This document shows, one piece after another, positions 9,894 through 18,008 of a stretch of 64,000 nt of DNA; position 1 is the first letter of the stretch, and each line of letters opens with the position of its first letter. This DNA is from Candidatus Poribacteria bacterium (GTDB lineage Bacteria; Poribacteria; WGA-4E; GCA-2687025), in assembly GCA_963665845.2 (NCBI GenBank), contig OY762492.1, positions 1 to 64,000 of the forward strand, read 5' to 3'. The notes below the pieces were generated by a model. That model was given only the letters and a program-made list of their open reading frames with translations, was not told the origin of the DNA and made no database searches. Made by a program: the position numbers and the translations under genes.

Positions 9894-10851
9894 ACGCATT
9901 CTCGTCCTTGAGCTTCTCAAAGAAGGCAAAATATCGACCGAAGCGGCGGAACAGCTGCTTTCAGCGTTGAGCCGAGAGGATGACAAAGGGCGCGGCATGA
10001 GCCCGCGCAAACGGTTTGAAGAGGCGTTTAAACGGGTGGAACGCGAGTTTCGCGCCATCGACCTGAGCGGCGTTGAAAAGAAAATGAGCGGGTTTTTTGA
10101 AGAGATGCGCAAGCGGTTCCCCGATATGCCGGGGACGCAGAAGGACAGCGAAGCCCCTGAAGAGAGCGGCAGCGGCGGCTTTTACAAGATTTCCAAAAAC
10201 GCCTCGGTCAACATCGCGCAGAAAGGCGGCGCGATTCGTCTCGTCGGCTCCGACAGCGGCCAGCTCCGCGTCGACAGCGCCGACGCCAGCGTTGAAACCT
10301 CGCATGACGGGGCGCGCATCGAGATCGAATCGCTCGGCGGAACGCTAGAGGTCGGCGTCCCGAACGGCTTGAGGCGCGTTTATATCGACGCCTCCGGGGC
10401 GCAGATTGAAGCGGTTGACGCGGCGCCGAAGGAGTTGACCGCCCGTTCCTCCGGCAGCGGCATTCGCGTCGAGGGCGTCGGCGGCATCCTGCGGCTCAAC
10501 GTTGTCGGCGGCTCCATTCAGATCAAGCGTCCGGCGTCGGAAAACATCGACGCCGAAACGAACGGCGGCGGCATCAAGGCGCGCCTCGGCAAGCGGACGC
10601 AGGGCGTCTACAAGTTCCGATCTTCCGGCGGCAGCGTCGAAATGGAGCTGGACCCCGACTCCGACTTTGAGCTGGAGTACGACATCGCAGGCGGGTCGTT
10701 TGAATCGAACTGGGAGGCGGAAGCGGTCGGCGACAATCGGCTGCGCGTCGGACAGGGCGGCGCGGCATTGAGCGCGTCCGTTATCGGCGGCTCCGTCGCG
10801 CTGCGCCGCGCGGACGGCGCGGATCAACAGGAAGGAGAGGGCGATGCTTAA
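9880..10851 (+). CDS. SHOCT-like + DUF4097 beta-strand repeat protein (YvlB/LiaX-like)
   Basis: 'ERILVLELLKEGKISTEAAEQLL' N-terminus; repeated 'xxGGSI/V' beta-solenoid strands. Confidence 0.8.
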   Translation: MSPNERILVLELLKEGKISTEAAEQLLSALSREDDKGRGMSPRKRFEEAFKRVEREFRAIDLSGVEKKMSGFFEEMRKRFPDMPGTQKDSEAPEESGSGGFYKISKNASVNIAQKGGAIRLVGSDSGQLRVDSADASVETSHDGARIEIESLGGTLEVGVPNGLRRVYIDASGAQIEAVDAAPKELTARSSGSGIRVEGVGGILRLNVVGGSIQIKRPASENIDAETNGGGIKARLGKRTQGVYKFRSSGGSVEMELDPDSDFELEYDIAGGSFESNWEAEAVGDNRLRVGQGGAALSASVIGGSVALRRADGADQQEGEGDA

Positions 10852-11077
10852 GAAAATCAGCGGCGGCGCTCTCATTCTACTTCTGATCTTCCTTGGGCTG
10901 ATCCTGCTGGAGCAGGCGCTCCTCGCGGCGGCAGGGATGATTCAGGTCGCGCTTCCGTTTCTGCTTTACGGCGGCGCCGTTGCGGGAGCCGTCTTTGCCG
11001 GCATCCGCATTTATCAAAAAATGCTCGCGCATCCGAAAGAGCCGAAAAAATCCTTACAAGGAAAGGAAAACACATGA
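10844..11077 (+). CDS. Small two-TM membrane protein
   Basis: Overlaps neighbours in operon fashion; two hydrophobic helices. Confidence 0.65.
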   Translation: MLKKISGGALILLLIFLGLILLEQALLAAAGMIQVALPFLLYGGAVAGAVFAGIRIYQKMLAHPKEPKKSLQGKENT

Positions 11078-11268
11078 ACGGCTTGAAAAAAATACTTCTC
11101 TGGGCTGCGATCATCGTTCTGGGATGGTACGCGCTCCAGTGGGGCGCCGCTGTCATTTTTGGGACATTGTCGCTTCTCTTTCATCTGGCGATTCTGATCT
11201 TCTGGGCGGCGGTGCTTCTCGGCGCTGTCAGCCTCATCCGCGTTCTCTACCGCAAAACGCAGCGGTAG
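11074..11268 (+). CDS. Small two-TM membrane protein
   Basis: AAGGA RBS, ATGA overlap; two hydrophobic helices. Confidence 0.7.
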   Translation: MNGLKKILLWAAIIVLGWYALQWGAAVIFGTLSLLFHLAILIFWAAVLLGAVSLIRVLYRKTQR

Positions 11269-11275
11269 CGGACGC

Positions 11276-11941
11276 ATGCAGTGGGCGTTGGGCGCGGCGT
11301 TGAGCCTTGCGTTTGGGCTTGCCGCGCTCGCGCTCAAGGCGGTCGACAAACGCGGCATGGCCGCGGGCGTTGGCGTCGGAACGGCGGCGTACGCCGGCTT
11401 CGGGTTCAGCGGTTTTGCGCTATTGACGCTCTTCGTCGCGCTCGGTTCGCTGCGTTGGAAACGGGGAAAGAGGCGCGTTCGCCGTTCCGCGCGCCACGCC
11501 CTGGCGAACGGAGCCGTCGGCGCGTTGTTAGGCTTGACGGCTGCCGCGCTGCCGGCTCCTCCGCCGTCGGCGCTGGCGGCCGCTTTTGCGGGTTCGCTTG
11601 CCGCCGCGGCCGCCGACACCGTCTCCGGCGAGGTTGGGCAGGCTTGGGGCGGTCAACCCGTTCTGATTACGACATTCCGACCCGTCGAGAAGGGAGAAAA
11701 CGGCGGGGTTACATGGATCGGTTTTACGGCGGGCGGCGCCGCCGCGGGCGTCATGGCGCTGGCGGCGCTGGCGCTGGGTATGGAGGTTTCGTTTAGGGCG
11801 GTCTTGGCGGGCGGCGTCGCCGGCAACGCCGCGGACAGCCTCCTCGGCGCGGCGCTTGAACGGCGGGGGCTTATCGGCAACAGCGGCGTGAACTTCGCAT
11901 GCGCGGGCGTCGGCGCCGCCGTCTCCGCATGCCTAAAGTAA
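11276..11941 (+). CDS. DUF92 (TMEM19-like) membrane protein
   Basis: 'ALANG', 'AADTVSGEVG', 'PVLITTFRPVEKGENGGVT', 'DSLLGA' motifs. Confidence 0.85.
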   Translation: MQWALGAALSLAFGLAALALKAVDKRGMAAGVGVGTAAYAGFGFSGFALLTLFVALGSLRWKRGKRRVRRSARHALANGAVGALLGLTAAALPAPPPSALAAAFAGSLAAAAADTVSGEVGQAWGGQPVLITTFRPVEKGENGGVTWIGFTAGGAAAGVMALAALALGMEVSFRAVLAGGVAGNAADSLLGAALERRGLIGNSGVNFACAGVGAAVSACLK

Positions 11942-12026
11942 AGACCGTTGTCGTCTGAACTAAGATTGCATGATTGAAAAGATTGCCAGGACAATCGCCG
12001 AAAACCGACATGCCGCATCCTCCGCT

Positions 12027-12200
12027 GTCATTCCATGCGCGGCTAAAACCCCCTCATCCCCCCTTTTCAAGGGGGAGTCTGACCTTACGTCTTAAGTTGG
12101 GACATATCGGTATGCAACGCGGACGTCTTCTGCGGCGCCTCTAGATTCCCGCTTACGCGGGAATGCATGCCCTCGCGGAAGCGGGGGACGGTTTGGTTGG
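12027..12200 (+). repeat. Composite repeat: CCCCTTTTCAAGGGGG hairpin + arm + GATTCCC..GGGAATG hairpin
   Basis: Modules shared with eight other intergenic loci in the window. Confidence 0.85.
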
Positions 12201-12248
12201 CGAAGCCTTTTTCCCGTGAAAACGGATGTCATTCCGATGCGTTTTTAC

Positions 12249-12277
12249 TTGCCTTCCAATAAATCGCGGGGTATGAT
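12249..12277 (+). promoter_or_regulatory. sigma70 promoter for tRNA-Thr/secE operon
   Basis: TTGCCT-17 nt-TATGAT, 19 nt upstream of the tRNA. Confidence 0.65.
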
Positions 12278-12296
12278 CTATACAGCCGTTAGATGC

Positions 12297-12369
12297 GCCG
12301 ACGTAGCTCAGGCGGCAGAGCGCGTCCTTGGTAAGGACGAGGTCGCCGGTTCAAACCCGGCCGTCGGCC
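12297..12369 (+). tRNA. tRNA-Thr(GGT), CCA not encoded
   Basis: Acceptor GCCGACG/CGTCGGC; anticodon arm CGTCC-TTGGTAA-GGACG; T-loop GGTTCAAACC. Confidence 0.95.
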
Positions 12370-12397
12370 TATTCACGATAAACGAAGCGGGGCGAGC

Positions 12398-12691
12398 GTG
12401 TTTGAGAATTTCTTTGATTGGGCGTTTGCGAACATCTCCTGGCTCATCGCCGGCATTTTTACGCTGATCGGATTGATTGCGGCGCTGGTGTCGCGCGAGA
12501 AGCTTGCCAAATATGTGCGGGACGCCCGTCAAGAGTGGACGCGCGTCACCGTCCCAAAACGGGATGAGGTGACGGCGCATACCTGGGTCGTTCTCGTCGG
12601 CGTCGGGCTGACGGCGCTTTACCTGTTTGCCGCCGATCTTGCGCTGCGATACATCTCTAACATTCTTTACAGCTTTACGCTGCCGTTCTAA
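12398..12691 (+). CDS. secE: Preprotein translocase subunit SecE
   Basis: 'YVRDARQEWTRVTVPKRDE' motif followed by TM helix; directly upstream of nusG. Confidence 0.88.
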   Translation: MFENFFDWAFANISWLIAGIFTLIGLIAALVSREKLAKYVRDARQEWTRVTVPKRDEVTAHTWVVLVGVGLTALYLFAADLALRYISNILYSFTLPF

Positions 12692-12705
12692 ACCGCGGAA
12701 ATCCC

Positions 12706-13284
12706 ATGCCTTGGTATATCATCCAAACCTATTCAGGACACGAAAAAAAGGTGCGGCTTCACCTTGAAGAGATCATGCGCTCCGAAGGGCTTCAAGAACG
12801 TCTCAAAGAGGTGCGCATACCGACGCAGAAAGTGACCGAGGTGCGGGACGGAAAGCGGCGCACCACGGAACGCACCGTCTATCCAGGCTACCTGTTTCTG
12901 CATGTGGACGAAGAGGCGAATATCGCCGAAGACCCTGAAAATCCGAGCGCGCGCTGGCTGCTTCCGTATCTAAAACAGACGCCGGGGGTGATGGGCTTTC
13001 TTCCGAACCGCAGCGATCCGACCCCGCTGCTGGAGCATGAGATACCGGGCTTATACGAATCGGAAGAATCGGTTGAACAGGAGCCGATTGCGCATATTGA
13101 GTACGGCGTCGGCGATATGGTGCGCGTCATCGACGGCCCCTTCTCCGGCTTCATCGGAAAAGTGACCGACGTCGACATGGCAAAGCAAAAATTGAAACTG
13201 ACCATCTCCATCTTTGGGCGCGAAACGCCCGTTGAGCTGGATTTCCTGCAGGTGGAGCGGAACCTAGGAGAACGCGATGGCTAA
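12706..13284 (+). CDS. nusG: Transcription termination/antitermination factor NusG
   Basis: 'WYIIQTYSGHEKKV', 'YPGYLF', KOW 'VIDGPFSGF', 'IFGRETPVELDF'. Confidence 0.97.
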   Translation: MPWYIIQTYSGHEKKVRLHLEEIMRSEGLQERLKEVRIPTQKVTEVRDGKRRTTERTVYPGYLFLHVDEEANIAEDPENPSARWLLPYLKQTPGVMGFLPNRSDPTPLLEHEIPGLYESEESVEQEPIAHIEYGVGDMVRVIDGPFSGFIGKVTDVDMAKQKLKLTISIFGRETPVELDFLQVERNLGERDG

Positions 13285-13702
13285 AAAGATTCTTACGACG
13301 GTGAACCTTCAGCTGCCGTGCGGCGCGGCGACTCCCGCCCCGCCTGTCGGACCGAGCCTGGCGCCGACCGGCATCAACACGGGCGAATTCATCAAAAACT
13401 TCAATTCGCAGACGGCGTCCCAGGCGGGAACCATTGTCAGCGCGGTCGTCACCGTTTACGCCGACCGCTCCTTTGATATGCATATCAAAACGCCGCTGGC
13501 GACCGGTTTATTGAAAAAAGCGGCGCAGATCGAATCGGCGGCGGCGGAACCCGGCAGGGAATCGGTCGGCTCCGTAACGCGGCAGCAGATACTGGAAATC
13601 GCGCAGATAAAGCTGCCCGACTTAAACACAAACGACATCGAAGCGGCGGCGCGCATCATCGAAGGCACGGCGCGCAGCATGGGCATCAACATAGACGGAT
13701 AA
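13277..13702 (+). CDS. rplK: 50S ribosomal protein L11
   Basis: '[11 protein letters not shown]', 'KLPDLN', 'GTARSMGI'. Confidence 0.97.
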   Translation: MAKKILTTVNLQLPCGAATPAPPVGPSLAPTGINTGEFIKNFNSQTASQAGTIVSAVVTVYADRSFDMHIKTPLATGLLKKAAQIESAAAEPGRESVGSVTRQQILEIAQIKLPDLNTNDIEAAARIIEGTARSMGINIDG

Positions 13703-13705
13703 CAG

Positions 13706-14395
13706 ATGAGCAAACGGTATCGCAACGAACGCGCTAAAATCGACCGAACGAAACTGTACAACCTGACCGAAGCGATTGAGACCGTCAAAAGCTGCGCCTC
13801 GGCGTCGTTTGACGAAACGGTCGACATCGCCGTCCGGCTCGGCGTTGACCCGCGCCAAGCCGACCAGCTCCCGCGCGGAACGGTTGACCTGCCCCATGGC
13901 ACCGGCAGCGTCACGCGCGTCATCGCCTTCGCCGAGGGCGGTCAAGCGCAGGAGGCGCTGGACGCCGGCGCCGTCAAAGCGGGGGCGGACGATCTGATTG
14001 AGGAGATCAACGGCGGCTGGCTTGAGTTTGACGCCGCGGTCGCCGCGCCGAGCCTGATGCGCCAGATCGCGCGTCTAGGGCGCATACTCGGTCCGCGGGG
14101 TCTCATGCCGAACCCGAAGTCCGGGACGGTCGGCGAGAACATCGCCGAGATGGTCAGCGCTTTTCAGGGGGGGCGCATCAGTTTTCGCGCCTATAAAGAG
14201 GGCGTCGTTCACGCGCCGGTCGGGAAAGCGTCGTTTGAGCAGGACAAGCTGGAAGAGAATGTGCTTAGCTTTGTGAACGCGCTGACGCGGGCGCGTCCCG
14301 CCGCCGCAAAGGGCAGGTTTATTCAGGCGGTCTCCGTCTCTTCCACGATGGGGCCGGGCGTCAAGGTGGACGCCTCGGCGTTTGCCGCAGTTTAA
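13706..14395 (+). CDS. rplA: 50S ribosomal protein L1
   Basis: 'FDETVD', 'LPHGTG', '[14 protein letters not shown]', 'SSTMGPG'. Confidence 0.98.
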   Translation: MSKRYRNERAKIDRTKLYNLTEAIETVKSCASASFDETVDIAVRLGVDPRQADQLPRGTVDLPHGTGSVTRVIAFAEGGQAQEALDAGAVKAGADDLIEEINGGWLEFDAAVAAPSLMRQIARLGRILGPRGLMPNPKSGTVGENIAEMVSAFQGGRISFRAYKEGVVHAPVGKASFEQDKLEENVLSFVNALTRARPAAAKGRFIQAVSVSSTMGPGVKVDASAFAAV

Positions 14396-14440
14396 GGAGA
14401 ATCGACTGACGGAACCATACATTTAAAGAACGTTATCTCT

Positions 14441-14530
14441 GGTCGAAGACAGCAGGGGCGCGCGGCGCTTAATGATCCCTGCCGAGACGGAGCGGTGGAA
14501 TCGCCCTCTATTCGACTGGAGGGCTTTTTT
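14441..14530 (+). promoter_or_regulatory. L10 leader (rplJ autoregulatory RNA) with attenuator-like terminator
   Basis: 'CGAAGACAGCAGG...TTAA...CCTGCCGAG' core, then hairpin GCCCTCTA-TTCGAC-TGGAGGGC + T6 at 14503-14530. Confidence 0.8.
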
Positions 14531-14553
14531 ATTGGAAAAAGAAAGGAGCGCGT

Positions 14554-15129
14554 ATGGCAAGGACGCAGGGAGAGCCGAGACCTGAAAAGGCGGCAAAGGT
14601 TCAAGAGATTGAAGAAACCTTGAAAGAAGCCGCATCAACGCTGCTGGTTGAAATGAACGGCATGACCGTCGCGGAGGCGGTGGAGCTGCGCAATCAGTTT
14701 CGGGAGCGGGAAGTCCGTTTTAAGGTGTATAAGAACACGTTTATTCGGATCGCCGCGTCCAATCTCGGCATTGAGGGCATAGAGGAGTATCTTAAAGGAC
14801 CCACCGCGCTGGCGACCGCCGCCGATCCGTCTGCGGCGATGAAAACGCTGCGCGAGTATCTCAAAACGAACGAGAAGGTGCGCGTCAAGGCGGGCCTTCT
14901 GGGGCTTGAAACACTCAACGAAGCGGACGCCGCGGCGCTGGCGGATCTGCCGACGCGCGAGGAATCGATTGCGCAGCTGGCGGGCTTGCTTCAGTCGCCG
15001 ACGCGCGGGCTGGCGGTCGCGCTGAATCAGCTGCCGAGCGGCTTGGCGGTCGCATTAAATCAGATCATCGGCGGGCTTTCGATTGCGCTGCGTCAAGTAG
15101 CGGAGCAATCAGGTCAACCTGCCGAATAA
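14554..15129 (+). CDS. rplJ: 50S ribosomal protein L10
   Basis: 'GMTVAEAVELR', 'KVYKNT', 'LKGPTA', 'LADLPTREE'; between rplA and rplL. Confidence 0.96.
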   Translation: MARTQGEPRPEKAAKVQEIEETLKEAASTLLVEMNGMTVAEAVELRNQFREREVRFKVYKNTFIRIAASNLGIEGIEEYLKGPTALATAADPSAAMKTLREYLKTNEKVRVKAGLLGLETLNEADAAALADLPTREESIAQLAGLLQSPTRGLAVALNQLPSGLAVALNQIIGGLSIALRQVAEQSGQPAE

Positions 15130-15159
15130 ATCCAACCGCAAACAGAAAGGATACGAAAC

Positions 15160-15546
15160 ATGTCGGTTGAAGAAATTCTCGGAGCGATCAAAGAACTGTC
15201 CGTGATGGACTTGTCGAAACTTGTCAAGATGATTGAAGATGAATTCGGGGTGAGCGCCGCGGCGCCGGTCGCCGTGGCGGGGGCTGTTGCGGCGGCTCCG
15301 GGCGGCGGCGAAGAAGCCGCGCCCGCCGAAGAAAAGACCGAGTTTGACGTCCATCTGACCGAAATCGGCGATCAGAAGATCAAGGTCATCAAGGAGGTGC
15401 GCGCCTTTACAGGTCTCGGCTTGCGCGAGGCGAAAGAGGCGGTCGAGGCGGCGCCGAATGTGATCAAGGAAGCCGTTTCTCAAGAGGAAGCGGACAAGAT
15501 CAAAGAGGCGCTGGAAGCGGTCGGCGCGGGCGTCGATATTAAATAG
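15160..15546 (+). CDS. rplL: 50S ribosomal protein L7/L12
   Basis: 'EEKTEFDV', 'KIKVIKEVR', 'GLGLREAK'. Confidence 0.98.
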   Translation: MSVEEILGAIKELSVMDLSKLVKMIEDEFGVSAAAPVAVAGAVAAAPGGGEEAAPAEEKTEFDVHLTEIGDQKIKVIKEVRAFTGLGLREAKEAVEAAPNVIKEAVSQEEADKIKEALEAVGAGVDIK

Positions 15547-15607
15547 GCGTTCAAGATTTCCGCTTCGGCGGTTCGACTTGACGATCCGCGATTCGATTCC
15601 ATACCAT

Positions 15608-15644
15608 ATGCGTTAGCGCTCTACCCGTTCGAGCGCTAACGCAT
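15608..15644. promoter_or_regulatory. CIRCE-like operator (HrcA site), variant
   Basis: TTAGCGCTC-N9-GAGCGCTAA (15613-15639) vs consensus TTAGCACTC-N9-GAGTGCTAA; immediately upstream of groES. Confidence 0.85.
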
Positions 15645-15677
15645 CTTGACGACGCATTTTGCTTTGGAGGAGCAAGG

Positions 15678-15965
15678 ATGAAATTAGAACCTCTTTCGGA
15701 CCATGTAGTGGTGAAGCCGGCCGAGGAAGAAGAAACAAAGATCGGCTCCATCATCGTGCCTGACACGGCTAAAGAGCAGCCGCAGATCGGGTCGGTGATT
15801 GCGGTCGGCCCTGGACGCCGAAACGAGGAGGGCGTTCGGACTCCGCTTTCGGTTAAAGCGGGCGACACGGTGATCTTCTCAAAATTCGGCGGAACCGAAT
15901 TCGACATGGACGGCGACGAGTATAAGGTGATGCGCGAGTCGGACATACTCGCTGTCATTGAGTAA
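15678..15965 (+). CDS. groES: Co-chaperonin GroES
   Basis: '[10 protein letters not shown]', '[11 protein letters not shown]', 'AVGPG', 'RESDILA'. Confidence 0.97.
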   Translation: MKLEPLSDHVVVKPAEEEETKIGSIIVPDTAKEQPQIGSVIAVGPGRRNEEGVRTPLSVKAGDTVIFSKFGGTEFDMDGDEYKVMRESDILAVIE

Positions 15966-15991
15966 GCCGCTTTCAAACGAAGGAGCGAACA

Positions 15992-17590
15992 ATGCCAGCC
16001 AAACGGATCGCCTTCGACGCCGAAGCGCGCGCCGGCCTCCAAGAAGGCGCGGCCATGCTGTCTAAAGCGGTCAAAACCACCCTCGGCCCGAGGGGCCGAA
16101 ATGTGATACTGAGCAAGTCTTGGGGCGCGCCCTCCGTGACGAAAGACGGCGTCTCGGTCGCCAAAGAGATTGAGCTGCCCGACCATTACCAGAACATGGG
16201 CGCGCAGCTGCTGAAAGCGGCCGCCTCCAAAACGAACGACGACGCCGGCGACGGCACCACCACCGCCGTCACCCTCGCCCATAAAATGCTGGAAGAGGGT
16301 ATGAAATCGGTCGCGGCAGGATCCGATCCGATGTCGCTCAAGCGCGGCATTGACCAAGCATGCGCCGCCGCCGTCAACGATCTCGCCCAGCGCAGCCGCC
16401 CTGTTGAAGGCAGGAACGAATATGAGATGGTCGCGCTGGTCTCTTCGAACCATGACGCCGAAACTGCCCAAAAGATCGCCGACGCGCTGGACATGGTCGG
16501 ACATGAGGGGGTCGTCACCATCGACGAAGGCAAGTCGGCGGAAATCGTCTCGAATGTGGTGGAAGGGATGCAGTTTGACCGCGGCTTTTTGTCGGCGCGG
16601 TTTGCCAATTCTGAAGACGGCAACGAGTGCGTCCTGGAGAACCCGTATATTCTGCTGCATCAGTCGAAGTTGAGCTCGGCGCAGGACCTGCTGCCGCTGC
16701 TTCAAAACACGGCGAAGGTCGGACGCCCGCTGCTCATCATCGCGGAAGATGTGGAGGGGGAGGCGCTGTCGACGCTGGTGGTGAATCAGCTGCGGGGCGT
16801 CGTCTCCGTCTGCGCGGTGAAAGCGCCCGCGTTCGGCGACCGGCGCAAAGCGATCCTCGGCGACATCGCCGTCATGACGCGCGGACAGGTGATCGCCGAA
16901 GAGCTCGGCATACGGCTGGAGCGCGTAGTGCTGGGCATGCTGGGCGAAGCGGAAAGCGTCCGCATCGACAAGGACAACACGACCATCGTGCGCGGAAAAG
17001 GGAGCGCGGAGAAGATCGACGAGCGGAAGCGGCAGATACGGCTTGAGATCGAAAACAGTACCTCGGAATACGACCGCGAGAAGCTGCAGGAGCGGCTGGC
17101 GAAGCTGTCGGGCGGCATCACCGTCATTGAGGTCGGGGCGCCGACCGAGGTGGAGATGAAGGAGCGGAAGCAGCGGGTGGAGGACGCCCTGAGCGCGACG
17201 CGCGCCGCCATTGAAGAGGGAATCGTCCCCGGCGGCGGAGTGGCGCTGCTGCGCGCGCAGACGGCGGTGAACGCGCTCATCGATAGCGGCGCCGGCGACA
17301 ACGACGACGAACGAATCGGAATGGCGATTTTGCGCAAATCGCTTTCGGCGCCGTTGATCCAGCTCGCGTCCAACGCCGGCGTGGAGGCGTCTGTCGTCGC
17401 GGCGAATATCCTTAGCAGCGACAACCCGAACGACGGGTACGATGTGGCGGCGCTTCAGTATGTGGATATGATTGAGGCGGGCATCATCGATCCGACGAAG
17501 GTGGCGCGTACAGCGCTTCAAAACGCGGCGAGCGTCGCCGGAACCGTTTTGACGACCGAAGCCGCCATCGCCGACGCGCCCGAAGAATAA
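15992..17590 (+). CDS. groEL: Chaperonin GroEL (no GGM tail)
   Basis: 'TLGPRGRNV', 'AGDGTTTA', 'EGMQFDRG', 'KAPAFGDRRK', 'GIIDPTKV'. Confidence 0.98.
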   Translation: MPAKRIAFDAEARAGLQEGAAMLSKAVKTTLGPRGRNVILSKSWGAPSVTKDGVSVAKEIELPDHYQNMGAQLLKAAASKTNDDAGDGTTTAVTLAHKMLEEGMKSVAAGSDPMSLKRGIDQACAAAVNDLAQRSRPVEGRNEYEMVALVSSNHDAETAQKIADALDMVGHEGVVTIDEGKSAEIVSNVVEGMQFDRGFLSARFANSEDGNECVLENPYILLHQSKLSSAQDLLPLLQNTAKVGRPLLIIAEDVEGEALSTLVVNQLRGVVSVCAVKAPAFGDRRKAILGDIAVMTRGQVIAEELGIRLERVVLGMLGEAESVRIDKDNTTIVRGKGSAEKIDERKRQIRLEIENSTSEYDREKLQERLAKLSGGITVIEVGAPTEVEMKERKQRVEDALSATRAAIEEGIVPGGGVALLRAQTAVNALIDSGAGDNDDERIGMAILRKSLSAPLIQLASNAGVEASVVAANILSSDNPNDGYDVAALQYVDMIEAGIIDPTKVARTALQNAASVAGTVLTTEAAIADAPEE

Positions 17591-17605
17591 ACAAGTCCCG
17601 CGCCC

Positions 17606-17686
17606 GGACTCCCCCTTGAAAAGGGGGCAGGGGGATTTCCAAGGAGCGCGGACTCCCCCTTGAAAAGGGGGGCAGGGGGGGTTTTC
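17606..17686 (+). repeat. Two tandem REP-like units GGACTCCCCCTTGAAAAGGGGG..., just after groEL
   Basis: Units at 17606-17639 and 17650-17686; same unit at 46550. Confidence 0.85.
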
Positions 17687-17763
17687 TGAGGCGCGCGGTA
17701 AGGGCAGATCATAGGAAATGCGGCGGCTTTGAGCCATGCGCCAGAGCCGCCGCGCCACTTTCT

Positions 17764-17885
17764 GTCATTCCCCCTCTCCTCGTCCCCCGATTCCCGTTTT
17801 CACGAGGACATGCCCGCGAGGGCATGCATTCCCGCCGCTGCGGTAAAACGCGCGGGAATCCAGAGGAGCCGCCGCCAACATCCGC
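17764..17885 (-). repeat. Cluster of ATTCCC..GGGAAT palindromes including the long-loop variant
   Basis: CATTCCCGCCGCTGCGGTAAAACGCGCGGGAATC matches 49454-49487 (reverse complement) and 5989-6022. Confidence 0.75.
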
Positions 17886-18008
17886 TCTCCAATACAGCGG
17901 CATTCTCCCTCAAGGAGTAAGGCGCTACCATCTACTGCATGGACTTGATAACAAATAGAATGAGCGTCATCCGCAAACGCCGTTTCTCTACCCGCGCTGT
18001 CTTTCAAA

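Noticed and set aside
15551-17758. 735-aa minus-strand ORF
   Set aside because: Antisense shadow of groES/groEL, expected from high-GC codon bias; no motifs
17606-17885. Clustered palindromes as a possible CRISPR array
   Set aside because: Only two tandem units, no regular unique spacers, no cas genes; the units are dispersed through the window like REPs
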